From: an uncultured Alphaproteobacteria bacterium
Lineage (GTDB): Bacteria > Pseudomonadota > Alphaproteobacteria > Rhodobacterales > Rhodobacteraceae
Length of the DNA: 64,000 bases
NCBI GenBank assembly: GCA_963749855.1
Contig: CAVVOC010000003.1
Span: 308,900 to 372,899, forward strand
Direction: 5' to 3'
A model generated the notes under the pieces. That model was not told where the DNA came from, searched no databases, and saw only the letters and a list, made by a program, of their open reading frames with translations. Shown here in pieces: positions 45,586 through 59,387 of the stretch; within the stretch, counting starts at the first letter, position 1; each line of letters begins with the position of its first letter. A program made the translations under genes and the position numbers.

Positions 45586-47501
45586 TCAGGCCGCCCATTC
45601 CCAGGCCACCGAGAATTCGCCCAGCACCTTCCCCACCGCTGCCTCGTCGACCGCCGCCCCGCGCCGCCAGCCGCGCGACGAGGCCGCGCTTCTTGTCCTC
45701 GACCACGGCCACGACATGCGGCATCGACGCCCGGCCTCCTTCAGCGCCGCGTCGTAGACCCGGGTGATCGCGAGGCGGCGCAGGTCGGGCTTGAAGACCT
45801 TGCCCACGGCGGTCTTCGGCAGCTCGGTCAGGATCTCGATATGCTTGGGCACGGCGGCACGTTCGTGGATCTGCTCGCGCGCGAAGGCCAGCAGCTCGTC
45901 GGCGGTCGTCGCCTCGCGCCCTTGACCAGTTCGACATAGGCGCAGGGCAACTCGCCCGCGAAGGCGTCGGGCTGGCCGATCGCGCCCACCATCGCCACGG
46001 CCTCGTGCCGCGCCAGCGCCTCTTCGATCTCGGCGGGGTCGATGTTGTGGCCGCCCCGGATGATCAGGTCCTTCGCCCGGCCCGTGATGAACAGGTAGCC
46101 GTCCGCATCCAGCCGCCCCAGATCGCCGGTGCGCAAGATAGCGCCCCTCGGCGAAGAGCAGGCGGTTCTTGTCGACCTCGGTATAGGTCGAGCCGGGGAA
46201 GACGCCGGGATTGGCGACGCAGATCTCGCCCACCTCATCCGTCGCGCATTCCTTCGTCACCGCCGCCGTCCGATCCGAATGCAGGATACGGACATGGGTA
46301 TAGGGGAAGGGGATGCCGACCGAGCCGATCTTCTTGACACCCTCCGGCGGGTTGACGGACGACGAGGCAGGTGCATTCGGTCAGCCCGTAGCCTTCGATG
46401 ATCTTGACGCCGGTCGCCTCCTCGAACCGGTTGTAGAGTTCGATTGGCAGCGGCGCCGAGCCCGAGAACGCGCCGCGCAGGCTGGAGACATCGGCATTGA
46501 TCGGGCGCTGCATCAGGACCGCCAGCGCCGTCGGCACGGTGATGAGGTAGGTCACCTTCCAGCGTTCGACCAGCTTCCAGAAATTGTCGAACACGCCCTT
46601 CGCCACGATAGCCCGGCGGGCGTCGGGAAGACGACATGCGCGCCGCTTGCGATCATCGACATCAGCACGGGATAGGCCGCGAAGACGTGGAACAGCGGCA
46701 GCGGGCAGATCACCACGTCGGTCTCGCGGAACAGCAAGCGGTGGCCCAGCCAGCCGTTGTAGATCATGCCCGAAACGAGGTGCTGCGCGACCTTGGGCAT
46801 CCCCGTGGTGCCGCCCGTGTGGAAATAGGCCGCCACCCGGTCATCCGGCCGGTCCACGAAGGTCAGCCGGTCGGCAGGCTGGCGCGCCAGCTCGCGCGCG
46901 AAGCTTTTCACGGCCGCCTTGTGCTTGACCTCGGTCTTCGGGCGCACCAGCGGGACGATCCACTTCTTCGGCGGCGTCAGGTAATGGCACAGGTCCACCT
47001 CGAGCACCGTCTTGACGCCCGGCGCATGGCGCACCGCCTCGGCCACCTTCTGCGAGACATCGGTCTTGGGGAAGGCGCGCAGCGTGACGACGACCTTGGC
47101 CCTCGTCTCGCGCAGGATGGCGGCCGATCTGTTCGGGTTCGAGCAGCGGGTTGATCGGGTTCACGATGCCCGCGACCATGCCCGCCCAGCAGCGTGACGA
47201 CGGTTTCCAGCGCATTCGGCAGGATGTAGGCCACCACATCCCTCTCGCCGACGCCAAGCGCGCGGAACAGGTTCGCGGCCTGCGTCACCTGCGCCTGCAG
47301 CTGCGGACCAGGTCAGCGTTTCGGCCTTGTCCTTCGGGCCGGACAGCAGCTGGAAGGAGACGGCCGGGCGGCGCACCATGCGCCGCGGCCGCGCGGCCGA
47401 GGAATTCGTACATGCGTGCGCGCGACATCGCGCGCCTCCCACGGCGCCTCGGCCTCGATGGCATCACGATCTGCGACGGACGCGAAAGCTGCCATCGTCA
47501 T
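45586..47501 (-). CDS. Acyl-CoA synthetase (AMP-binding), frameshifted
   Basis: [43 protein letters not shown]. Confidence 0.92.
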
Positions 47502-47608
47502 TCTCCTCCCTGATCCAAGCCGTTGGTCCGGCTGTCTTTGGGACGACCATGGGGCATTTTGTCGCAATCCCGCAAGAATGGGGCGCGGCGGAAACGCAAC
47601 GTCAGTCG

Positions 47609-49404
47609 TCAGACCTGCCCATCGGTGAACTGAAGCCGGGCAAGCCGGGCGTAAAGGCCGCCATCCGCCACCAGCTCGTCATGCGTGCCGGTGGCGACGA
47701 TCCGGCCCTGGTCGAAGACGACGATCCGGTCGGCCTTCTTCACGGTCGCCAGCCGGTGCGCGACGACCAGCGTGGTGCGCCCCACGCGACAGCCGCTCCA
47801 CCGCCTGCTGCACGGCGCGCTCGCTTTCGGCGTCGAGCGCGCTCGTCGCCTCGTCCAGCAGCAGGATCGGCGCGTCGCGCAGGATGGCGCGGGCGATGGC
47901 GATGCGCTGCTTCTGCCCGCCCGACAGCATCACGCCGCGCTCGCCCACGAAGGTGTCATAGCCCTGCGGCAGGGCCGATCAGGAAATCATGCGCGGCGGC
48001 GGCCCGGGCGGCGGCCTCGACCTCGGCATCGGTGGCGTCGGGGCGGCCGAAGCGGATGTTCTCGCGCGCGCTGTCGGCGAAGATCACCGGGTCCTGCGGC
48101 ACCAGCGCGATCGCGCGGCGGAAATCGGCGCGCGCCATCGTCGCGATGTCGATGCCGTCGATGGTGATGCGGCCCGATTGCGGATCGTAGAACCGCAGGA
48201 GCAGCTGCAGGATCGTCGTCTTGCCCGCGCCCGAGGGGCCGACCAGCGCCACCGTCTCGCCCGGCGCGACATGCAGGCCGACGCCGTCCAGCGCCGAGGT
48301 TTCGGGCCGGGCGGGATAGCGGAAGACCACGTCCTCGAACGCGATCTCGCCGCGCACCGGGCGCGGCAGCGTCACCGGGCGGGCCGGGTCCTGCACCGGA
48401 TCGTCGGTCGCGCAGCAGTTCCGCAGCCGCTCGGTCGCGCCCGCCGCCCGCTGCAACTCGCCCCAGATCTCGGACAGCGCGCCCACGGCCCCGGCGACCA
48501 TGACGGCGTAGATCAGGAACTGGATCAGCTCGCCCGGCGTCATCGCGCCCGCCCGCACGTCGCGCGCGCCGATCCACAGCACGCCGACGATGCCCGGTGA
48601 AGGTCAGGAAGATCACGATCACCGTCATCACCGCCCGCGTCCCGATCCGGGTCTGGGCCGAGGCGATAGGATTTCTCGGTCACGTCGCCGAAGGCGCGCG
48701 CGGGTCTGCGGCTCGTGCGTGAAGGCCTGCACCGTCTGCACCGAGGTCAGCGCCTCGGACGCGCTGCCCGACGAGGCCGCGATCCAGTCCTGGTTCTCGC
48801 GGCTGAGGCGTGCGCAGCCGGCGGCCCAGCACGACGATGGGCACGACGACCGCCGGCACGATCAGCAGGACCAGGCCCGTCAGCTTGGCCGAGGTGAAGA
48901 ACATCAGGACGAGCCCGCCCACGAGGATCAGCAGGTTGCGCAGCGCGACCGAGACGGACGATCCGATCAGCGACAGGATCAGCGTGGTGTCGGTGGTCAG
49001 GCGGCTGACGACCTCGCCCGTCATGATGCGCTCGAAGAAGGCGGGGCTCAGGCCCGACCACGCGGTCGAACAGCGCCGTGCGGATGTCGGCCACCACCCG
49101 CTCGCCCAGCCGCGTGACAAGGTAGTAGCGCAGCCCGGTGCCCAAGCGGCGAGCAGCGCCGCGATGACGAGGGCCGCGAGCGAAATACTGGTCCAGCAGC
49201 GCGGCATTGTTGGCGTTGAACCCGTCGACCACCCGGCGCACCGCAATCGGCAGGACAAGGCTGACCGCCGCCGTCAGGACCAGCGCCAGCGCCGCCAGCA
49301 CGACCAGCCTGCGATAGGGCCAAAGGAACGGGGCAAGACCGCGCAAGCGCACCAACCCGTCTGGAAGGCTTGCGCTCTTCCCCCTGCCCTGTGGTCTGCG
49401 CCAT
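47609..49404 (-). CDS. ABC exporter, fused TMD and NBD (MsbA-like), frameshifted
   Basis: [34 protein letters not shown]; multiple TM helices. Confidence 0.92.
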
Positions 49405-49557
49405 GTCCGCCGTGCCGCCCCGTGATTGCCGCACGGGTTTAGGCGCTGGCGCCGCGACGGGCAAGCGGCAGGATTGCCGCGCCCCGGACCCCCTTTCGCA
49501 AGCCGGCGGACCGTGACAGGCTCGCCCCCGTGCACTCGCCAGCCACGAGTGCCCGCG

Positions 49558-50396
49558 ATGACCCCCTCCACCTTTGCCGCCCCCGACGGCGCGCGCCTCG
49601 CCTATCGCGACGAGGGCGCGGGCCTGCCGCTGCTCTGCCTGCCCGGCCTGACCCGGACGATGGCGGATTTCGACTACTCTGGCCCCGCATCTGCCGCCGC
49701 TGCGGCTGATCCGCATGGATTATCGCGGGCGCGGCGCGTCGCGACTGGACCGGGGCCGCGACCTACACCGTGCCGACAGAGGCGGCGGATGCGCTTGCGC
49801 TGCTGGACCATCTCGGCGTGGAGAAGGCCGCGATCCTCGGCACCTCGCGCGGCGGGCTGATCGGCATGCTGCTGGCGCGCGGTCGCGCAGGACCGGCTGC
49901 TCGGCCTGTGCCTGAACGACGTCGGGCCCGGTGATCGAGCGCGCGGGGCTGGAGCGCATCTTCGACTATGTCGGGCGCAACCCGTCGGCCCCGACCCATG
50001 CCGCGCTGGCCGAGGCGATGCCGCGCCATTCGCCGGGCTTCGCGAACGTGCCGCCCGAGCGCTGGCTGGACGAGGTGCGGCGGCACTATACGCGAGACGC
50101 CCGAGGGCCTGCGCATCACCTACGACCCCGCGCTGCGCGACGCCTTCCTCGCGGCCTTCGAGGGCCCGCCCGCCGATCCTCTGGCCGCTGTTCGACGCCT
50201 GTGCCGGCCTGCCGCTGGCGCTGATCCGGGGCGCGAATTCCGACCTGCTGTCGCCGGAAACGGCAGCCGAGATGCGCCGCCGCCGCCCCGACATGATCTT
50301 TGCCGAGGTGCCGGACCGCGCCCATATCCCGTTTCTGGACGAACCCGAAAGCCTGGCGCGCGATCCGCGCCTTCCTCGAAGGCCTGCACGCCATGA
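49558..50396 (+). CDS. Alpha/beta hydrolase (frameshifted)
   Basis: LPGLTR, DYRGRG, GTSRGG, HIPFLDEP. Confidence 0.85.
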
Positions 50397-51379
50397 CCGA
50401 CATCGCGATGATCGAGGCCGCCGCCGCGCGCCTGCGGGGCCACGCCCGGCGCACGCCGCTGCTGTCGTCGCCCTTCCTCGACGAGATCGCCGGGCGGCGG
50501 GTGCTGGTGAAGGCCGAATGCCTGCAACACACCGGCAGCTTCAAGTTCCGCGGCGGCTGGTCGGCGGTCTCGGCGCTGCCGGCCGAGGTCCGGCGCGCGG
50601 GGCGTGATCGCCTTTTCGTCGGGCAACCACGCGCAGGGCGTGGCGCTGGCCGCCGCGCGCGCATGGCGTGCCTGCGGTCATCGTGATGCCCGCCGATGCG
50701 CCCGCGCATCAAGATCGAGAACACCCGCGCCCTTGGGGCCGAGGTGGTGCTTTACGACCGCGCGACCGAGGACCGCGATGCCATCGGCGCGCGACTTGGC
50801 GGCCGAGCGGGGCCTGACGCTGATCAAGCCCTTCGACGAGCCGCAGGTGATCGCCGGGCAGGGCACGGTCGGGCTGGAGATCGCCGAGCAGGCCGCCGAG
50901 GAGGGCGTGACGCAGGCCGATGTTCTGGTCTGCTGCGGCGGCGGCGGCCTGACCTCGGGCATCGCGCTGGCGCTTGCAGGCCCGCGCACCGGGGATGCGC
51001 GTGCGGACCGGTGGAGCCTGCGGGCTTCGACGACATGGCCCGCTCGCTGGCGGCTGGGACGATCCTGCCGCAATGCGGCGACGACCGGCTCGCTCTGCGA
51101 TGCGATCGTCACGCCGCAGCCGGGCGCGATCACCTTCCCGATCCTGCAGCGCCTCTGCGGCCCCGGCCTTGTGGTCACGCGACGACGAGGCGCTGCACGC
51201 GATGGCGCTGGCCTTCTCGCGCCTGCGGATCGTGCTGGAACCGGGCGGGGCCGTCGCGCTGGCCGCGGCGCTGTTCCGCCCGGCCGAGATCGACGGGCGC
51301 GGCGGTGATCGCCGTCGCCTCGGGCGGCAATGTCGATCCCGAGGTGTTCCGCCTTGCGCTCGACCGCTTCGGAGGCTGA
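50393..51379 (+). CDS. Threonine/serine dehydratase (PLP), frameshifted
   Basis: KAECLQHTGSFKFRG, SSGNHAQG, GQGTVGLE, CGGGGL, SGGNVD. Confidence 0.9.
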
Positions 51380-51383
51380 GGCG

Positions 51384-52265
51384 ATGCCGCATCTATTCCT
51401 CACCGACCTGCGGCTGCACTACACCGACGAAGGCGACCCAGGACGGGCCCGCCGGTCGTCTTCGCCCATGCGCTTGGCACCGACCTGCGGCTGTGGGACG
51501 CCGTGCTGCCGCTGCTTGCCGCCGGGGCTGCGCCTGATCCGGCTGGACATGCGCGGGCCATGGCGCGGTCGGACGTGCCCGACGCCGCCCTATGCCATGG
51601 GCGCGCTGATCCGCGACGCCGAACGCGCGCTCGATGCGCTGTCGGTGCGCGATGCCGTGTTCGTCGGGCCTGTCCATCGGCGGGCTGATCGCGCAGGGGC
51701 TGGCGGTGAAGCGGCTGGACCTGATCCGGGCGCTGGTGCTGTCGAACACGGCGGCAAAGATCGGCACGCCCTCGGTCTGGGCAGGACCGCATCGCCGCCG
51801 TGCGCGCGGGCGGGATGGCACGCCGTGTCCGAGGCGACGCTGGCGCGCTGGTTCCCGCGCCCGTTCCGCGACGGCGCCGGAGGCGGCCGTCTGGCGCGCG
51901 CGGCTGGAAGCGACGCCGGTCGACGGCTGGATCGGCGCGGCCGTCGGCCATCGCGGGGACGGATTTCTACACGACGACCGCCACCCTGACGCCTGCCGAC
52001 GCTGGTGATCGCGGGCAGCGAGGATGGCTCCACCCCGCCCGACCTCGTGCGCGAGACGGCCGAGCTGATCCGCGGCAGCCGCTTTGCGCTGTTGCGCCGC
52101 ACGGGACACCTGCCGCCCGTCGACCGGCCCGATGCCTTCGCCGCCACGCTGGCGACGTTCCTGCACGAGATCGGCCATGTCGGGACCGCGACGGACGCGG
52201 CCCATGACCGCGTCGGCGGTCGCTTGCGTCGCAATCGGATGTCGCGCACCCACGCGCGGACTTGA
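51384..52265 (+). CDS. pcaD: 3-oxoadipate enol-lactonase-like hydrolase (frameshifted)
   Basis: LGTDLRLWD, GLSIGGLIAQ, SNTAAKIG, GSEDGSTPP, GHLP. Confidence 0.8.
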
Positions 52266-52328
52266 CTTCGCGGCTAGCGTTGCCGCAGCGTGCCGTCACC
52301 CGCTCCGCCATCGCGAAAGGCCGTCCCG

Positions 52329-53571
52329 ATGCGCCTGACCGACCTGGAGATCTTCACCGTCGCGCCCCCGCCCCGGGCTGGGGCGGGCGCTACTGGACCT
52401 TCGTCGAAGCTGACGACCGACGACGGCATCATCGGCTACGGCGAATGCTATGCCTCGACCGTCGGCCCCAAGGCGATGAACGCGGTGATCGAGGATGTGT
52501 TCGAACGCCACATGCAGGGCGACATCGCCGGAAGAGATCGAGCTGATGTTCCGCCGCGCCTATTCCTCGGGCTTCACCCAGCGCCCCGACCCCACCGTGA
52601 TGGGGGCCTTCTCGGGGCTGGAGATCGCCTGCTGGGACATCCTCGGCAAGGCGCGCAACCGCCCGGTCTGGGCGCTGCTGGGCGGGCAGGATCAACGAGC
52701 GCATCCGCTCCTACACCTACCTCTACCCCGAACCGGGCGAGGATGCGGCCGAGTTCTGGGTGAACCCCGACATGACGGCCGAGGCCGCGGCGCGCTGCGT
52801 GCGCGCAGGGCTTCACCGCGGTGAAGTTCGACCCCGCCGGCCCCTACACGATCCGCGGCGGGCCATCAGCCCGCGATGTCCGACATCTCGCGCTCGGTCG
52901 CCTTCTGCACGACGATCCGCGAGGCGGTGGGCGACCGGGCCGACCTTCTCTTCGGCACGCACGGCCAGTTCAACACCCCCGGCGCGATCCGGCTGGGCCG
53001 CGAGCTGGAGCCCTACAACCCGCTCTGGTACGAAGAACCGATCCCGCCCGACAACCTGCTCGAATTCGCCGAAGTCGCGCGCCAGGTCCGCATCCCGCTG
53101 GCCACCGGCGAGCGGCTGACGACCAAGGCCGAGTTCGGCACGCTGCTGCGGCTGGGCGGGGTGAAGATCCTGCAACCCGCGCTCGGCCGCGTCGGCGGCA
53201 TCTGGGAGGCCAAGAAGATCGCCGCGATGGCCGAGGTCTTCAACGCCGAGATGGCCCCGCATCTCTATGCCGGGCCGGTGGAATGGGCGGCCAACATCCA
53301 CCTCGCGGCCTCGATCCCGAACCTGCTGATGGCCGAGACGATCGAGACCGGCGGCGCCTTCCACCTCGCGCTGATCCGGCAACTCGATCAAGTGGGAGGA
53401 CGGCTACATCGTGCCGCCCGAGGCCCCGGGCCTTGGCATCGACTTCGACGAGGATCTCGCCCGCGCCCATCCCTATACCGGCACCGGCTGCATCTGGAGA
53501 TGCAGGAAGCCCCCTGCGACTATCGCCACGGCAACCGCTTCGAAGGCGGCGCGCCCTCGGAGTCGACCTGA
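52329..53571 (+). CDS. Mandelate racemase/muconate lactonizing family enzyme (frameshifted)
   Basis: EIACWDILGKA, KFDP, WYEEP, ATGERL, APH. Confidence 0.88.
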
Positions 53572-53575
53572 GCGG

Positions 53576-55427
53576 TCAGGGATCGCAGAGGCGAGCGCAT
53601 AGCCAGCGCAGCACGGTGGGCTCGGCCCCGTAGCGGAGCTGATAGCTCTGGCGGCGAGTCGCCGGTCGAGGTCTGATTCGCCCGCGCGCGCAAGGAATGC
53701 CCCGTGCAGGATCAGGATTCGGAGCGGATCTGCAGGCTCGACGCCCCGGCCAGCGCGCTGCGGTCAGGTCCGCGTGCGAGACGAGGAGAGCTGTCCGGGC
53801 GATCCTCGGACAGCAGCGCCGAAAGGTTCGGCTGCGTCGCGCCATGGTCCGGACCAGCGCGGCTTGGGCGGAAGGTCGACCCCGTTGCGGGCAGGATCGT
53901 CGGAAGGCGCACGCAGGCAGGCCTCGTCGCTCTCCTGCAGCCATCAACGTCAGGTCGGGCCGTGTCTGGGACAGTCGCACCGCGACGAAGCCGAAGCCCG
54001 CGCCAAGGTCCAGACACCGCGATCGCCCCTGCGGAACGATCTGGGTCAGATCGCCGCGCCAGCGCACGGTCGAGCTTGCCCTTGCCGACCAGTGCCCGCG
54101 CCTTCGGCGTGAAGAGACGCGGGATCGTCGGGCAACAGGACGCCGCTGTTCGCCACCCAGTCGCCCGCGAAATGGGCGGACAACCGCGGCCTCCGCGGCA
54201 AGATCATCGCCGCAGCGGAGGCCGTCCGCCTTTCCGCCTTCCGTTCTCGCGCGCCTTCGACGGTGCGCTTCTCGCTCCACCTCGCTCATCTGGGCCGCGA
54301 TCTTCTCGCGGTCGCGTCGGCTGCGGCGGTTTGGCAACGATCTGATCGAGCGGCACCGTGCTGGCCTGCGCCAGCGTCCGTGACGAGGTCGCGATAGGCG
54401 TCCGTTCCCCGTCAGCTCCGCCAGGCGCGCCTCGGCCATCTCGATGGCCCGGTATGCAAGGCCGCGCAGCACCGGGTCGGCCAGCAGTGCCGCCAGGATC
54501 TCGCTCCGCCGCGCCGAGTAGCGCAGCATGGTGTCGTCGGCCACTTCATTGCGATCCTGAAGCGCCCAGTAGTCCGCCCCGTACTTGCCCACCTTGTTGT
54601 TCACGTTGCCCCGCAGCCGGCGCAGCGCATAGCTGTCGACGGATTTCACCGCATAGTGGTTCACCTGAAGCCAGTCATACCCGACTGTCCGGGTGATCGA
54701 CCGCCAGCCGCGGAACTTGAAGTACTCTTCCATCTCGCGGCCCGAGCCGTTCAGCCATTGCACCGTGTCGGGGAAATCGGTCTTGAGATGCTTGGTCTTC
54801 ATCTTGGGGCGGTGGATGCCAAGTTTCCAGTAATCCGGATCGAACGCGAACAGCGTCTTGACGCCCCAGCCCTTGTTCCAGTCCACCGGCGCGGCGCGCA
54901 GGTATTGCTCGGTCACCGGCGATCGCGGCTCCATTCCACCCGTCCCGCTCGATCCGAAGAGGCGCCACGTCGCGACGATCCCGTTCGCGTTCTTCGCCTT
55001 GACGGCCGCGAGCAGATCGTCGAGCGTCCCGTCGCCATAGGCGGATCGAGACGAACTCGTCGGCGTCGAACACCATCACCCAGTCCGATTGCGTCGACGA
55101 CAGGCTCTTCCTGCGCATGGTTCAGCGCCGACGGCTGCGGGCGCAGCCCCTCCGGGATCACATTGCGGCGGTGATGCAGCAAGGCCCAGCTCCTCAAGCC
55201 GGATCAGCATCGTCGTCGGTGCCGTCGGAACAATCGTTGGTGTAGACGACCAGATCGGTGAAGCCGACGGCCAGGTGATGCGCCACCCATTCCAGAGGTA
55301 GGGCCCCTCGTCCTTCATCATCGAGACGGCAGTGACCTGACCGTGCGGGCTCTGATGCGGGTCACGGCGGAAAGGCGACGGTACGCGAAGAGGCCGGACG
55401 CGCCGCGTGGTCGGTCCATGTCGTCAT
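53576..55427 (-). CDS. Glycosyltransferase family 2 (Glyco_tranf_2_4-like) with a C-terminal methyltransferase-like remnant; heavily frameshifted
   Basis: MMKDEGPYL, DADEF, QVNHYAVKS, LDLGAGFG. Confidence 0.75.
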
Positions 55428-55665
55428 GCCTTCCATCATCCTCGCCTCGCGCTCCTGCACCGGATCGTCGGCGGACCATCGCCGAACGATCTTAGGGCGG
55501 TGAAGAGCGCAAGCGCAATCGGTCCCGTCCATCGCGGCAGGCCAACATCATCTCTGCACCATCGGCGGATTCGATTTTGCCGCGGGCGGTGACAAGCCCG
55601 GCAGGGCGGTTCATAACTTTGCAGGCGACGCCCCGGCGTGGCGATCCGGACTGAAAGGTAGGTCC

Positions 55666-56356
55666 TTGCCCGCAGATCAGACCGAGATCGTGGCGACCTA
55701 TCACGGGGTCGCCGTTCCCGATGCGCCCATCTTCGGCCCCGGCATGATCGCCGCGCTGAACGCGGGCCGGTACGAGCGCAACGAGATCGCCTGTGGCCTG
55801 GCCGCCATCCCGCCGGGCAGCCGCATCCTGGAACTGGGGGCCGGGTCGGGCGTGGTGGGGGCGGTGCTTGCGCGCAACTGCGCCCCCGCCGCGATCCTGG
55901 CCAGTCGAGGCCAATCCGGCCTTGCTGCCGCATATCGAGCGCCTCTACCGCCACAACGGCCTGACCGAGATCATCTCGCTGCGTCAGGGTGTCGTGCTCA
56001 GCGATCCCCACGCGCCCGCGACGGTCGAATTCTTCGTTACAGGCAACTTCCTCGGCTCGGGCCTTGCGGCGCGCAAGGACGGGCGGGCGCGCGCAGTGCA
56101 GGTGCCGGTCCTGCGCTACGCCGAAGTGAAGCTGGAATTTCCACATGACACGATCATGATGGATATCGAGGGTGCGGAACTTGACTTTCTGCGCCATGCC
56201 GATCTTGGCGGGGTGAACGTCTTCGTGGCCGAAATGCACCGCGACATTTACGGGCGGGAGGGGATGCAGGAATGCCGCCGCCTTCTGCTGGCTGCCGGGC
56301 TGGAGATGGACGAGACGCTCTCGAAGGTCGGGGTCCATGTCTATCGCAGGGCCTGA
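55666..56356 (+). CDS. FkbM-family methyltransferase (frameshift near 55905)
   Basis: GRYERNE, LELGAGSG, EANP, MDIEGAE. Confidence 0.8.
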
Positions 56357-56427
56357 AGCTTCGAAAGGCGCGGGCCGAGGGCGAGAGGCGCACCCCACGC
56401 CCGGCGATCTCTGCCCCGCCGCCCGAC

Positions 56428-58453
56428 GTGGCGAGCGCCGAAGAGGCCGCACTGCGCGACAGCTTCCTGTTGCGCGCAGGGTTGGTGGATGCGTGGTTCA
56501 GTCGGCGGTCGGACGTGCTTCTCGTCACCTTCGACAACCTCGCCTCGGTCGGCGAATACGACCCTCCGCAACCCTGGCTGCACGCCCGGGCGGCCCAGGC
56601 CGGGGTGTCCATCCTCGGCATCCTCGCCAGCCGCAAGGACTGGTACCGCAACGCCGGATACGCCCGCCCTGCTGACCCGCCTGCGCGAGGCGGGACTGTT
56701 TGCCGCGTTCCGCCGCATCGTTTTTGCCGGCTCGTCGATGGGGGGCTACGCGGCGCTCGCCTATTCCGCGCTGGTGCCGGGGGCGACCGTCCTGGCCTTC
56801 AGCCCGCAGACGAGCCTGTCACGCAAGGTCGCGAGGTTCGAACAGCGCTTCCGCTACGCCCAGCGGAAATGGGACTGGTCAGACCCTGCCTTCCTCGATG
56901 CGGCCGCATCGGTACCTGCCGCCGCCGAGGTGGTCGTCGTCTTCGATCCCTTCGTGCCCGAGGATCACGCCCATGCCCGCCGGATTCACGGGCGCGAACG
57001 TGCGCGCAGATCCGGGCTGGACCACCTGGGCCACAAGGCCATCCGGCATCTGAAATCTCTGGGTATCCTGCAACCGCTGATCGCGGATGTCGCCGTCGGC
57101 CGCTTCGAGCCCGAGGTGTTCTGGCGGGGACTGCGGGCGCGCCGGAATCTGCCGTTCTGGCAGCGCAGCCTGCTGGCCGAGGCGGAACGACGGGGTCACG
57201 CGAGGCTCGCGCGGGCGGCGGCGAATGCCCTTGTGTCCGTCTCGCCCGACCGCCGGTTCGCGCGCCGTCTGGCCGGAACTGCGCCCCCGCCCACAGCCGT
57301 CGCGGCGGACAGCGCGATCCTCGGTGGCAACCCCGCCGCCCGCCCCCCCTTCACCGGACAAATCCTGCACCTCGCGCGGCGCTGGTCCTGCCCGAACGCG
57401 ACGGTGACGCGCCGCTCGCCTCGGGCGTCCTGCACGCCGACGGACGCTGGTGCGAGCTGTCGCGCGCCTGGATCCGGGCACGCAAGACAACGGAGATCCC
57501 GACGCTCCTGCCTGGCGAGGCGGTCGTGGACCTGCCGGGCACGCACCTGTTCGCCGGGCATTTCCGGGGCCATTTCGGGCATTTCCTGGTGGAATCCACC
57601 GCACGTCTCTGGGCGCTGGACCATGTCGGCCAGCCGCCTCGACTCGATCCTCTACCTGCCCTATCGCGGCGCGCTCGGTGCGGTCGAGCGTGCGATCGAG
57701 GGTCAGGCGGGGTTCTTTCGCCTGCTGGGCATCGACACCCCGGTGCGCACCTATGGCACGGCGCTGCGGGTGGAGCGGCTGCATGTGCCCGAACTGGGTT
57801 TTGGCTGGCTGGAGCGCTACGCGGGATCGCCCGCCTACCGCGCCTTCATGCAGGGCCGCCTGAACGCCGCCGTCAAGGCAGAGGGCGGCGAGAAGCTGTA
57901 CATCTCGCGCGCCCGGCTGAATGCGCAGCGTGGCGGCGTCCTGGGCGAGACGGTGATCGAAGAGAACCTCGCGCGCGCGGGCTACGACGTCTTCCACCCC
58001 GAGAAGCACCCGCTCGAGGTGCAGATCGCCCGTTACAAGGCGGCCCGGCAGATCGTGGCGCTGGACGGATCGGCGCTTCACCTGGCGGCCTATGTGCTGC
58101 GCCCCGGAAGCCAGGTGGCGATGATCCTGCGGCGGTCGAAGGCGAATGCCGAGGATTACCGATTGCAGTTCCGGTCGTTCTGCGGGGTCGATCCGCAAGT
58201 GATCGACGTCATCCGCCGCGACTGGGTGGCGGGCGCGTCGAACCGCGTCGATTTCCGCTCGGTGGGCGAGATCGACTTTGCGGCGCTGTTCGCGCGGTTG
58301 CGGGCACTGTCCTTCCTGCCTGCGGATTTCCAAGCCGAGTTGCCCAGTGCGGCGGAAATCGCCGCGATGCTCGCCGCCTACGAGGGGAAGCGGGGGATGC
58401 CATTCCGCCCCCTTGGCGCGGACGAACCCCACCCGGACGAGGACGAGGCGTGA
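56428..58453 (+). CDS. Fusion of an alpha/beta-hydrolase-like domain and a GT61/DUF563 glycosyltransferase domain (frameshifted; start uncertain)
   Basis: GSSMGGYAAL, AFSPQ; HFGHFLVES, KLYISR, HPE..LEVQI, DGSALH. Confidence 0.7.
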
Positions 58454-59341
58454 TGCCGCCCCGCCTGACGGTCTATTTCATCGTCGAACCCCCCGATTAT
58501 CAGCACATGGCCTGCTACCTTGCCGCCTCGCTGCGCGAGCAGATGGGCGACCATGTCGCGCTTGTCGGATACTGCCCGGTCGACAAGCTGGCTTCCGTCA
58601 GTCCCGATGTGCGGCAGGTGCTCGACCGGCTGTGCTGCGACCTGCGCCCCTTCGCAACGGCGGGACGGTTCGATCCGCCCTACCCCCACGGCAACAAGCT
58701 GCTGGCGACGCTGGAACCGCGCGACACCGAGTTTTCCTGCTTCATGGATTCCGACATCCTCTGCATCCGGCCAAACCGCGTCGAGAACCTGATCCGGCCC
58801 GGCCATGTCTCGCTCTCGCGCGCGGCCTCGATGAACTGGGCGCCGCAGTCGATCTGGGACCGCATTTATGGGATTTGCGGGATGGAAATTCCGGCGGAAC
58901 GCTTCAAGCTGATGAAGCAGCGCAAAGGGGCCGAGCGGATTCCCTACTTCTCCTCGGGCCTGTTCTCGTTCCCCGAGCGTCACCGCACCGCCGGGGGCAA
59001 GTCCTTTCCCGAGGTCTGGATGGAGGTCGCACGAGATGCTGGATGCCGCCCCCGACCTGCCGAGGAAGCGACCCTACCTTGACCAGATGTCGCTGCCGCT
59101 GGCGATCCGCCGGGCGGGGCTCGACTGGAACATCCTGCCGGACGAGCAGCATTTCATCCTGGGCGGGCGCGCGCGCGGCGAACCCCTGCCCGAGGACCCG
59201 CCCATCTTCACGGTGCATTATCGCCAGTGGCAGGTGCTGAAGGAAGCGGGCCTGTCACGGCAGGCGAAGGACATGCTTGAGAGGCATGCCGGAGTGCGCA
59301 GAATGGCTCAGGTGTCAAAGGTCCGCGCGGGCGCGGAATGA
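58453..59341 (+). CDS. Putative GT-A glycosyltransferase (GT8-like)
   Basis: PHGNKL, FMDSD (DXD), YFSSG, LDQ..L, VHY; frameshift near 59030. Confidence 0.6.
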
Positions 59342-59387
59342 CGCCGTGCCGGTCCTTCCCATCAATGGGCGCAACCGAGGGGATTCG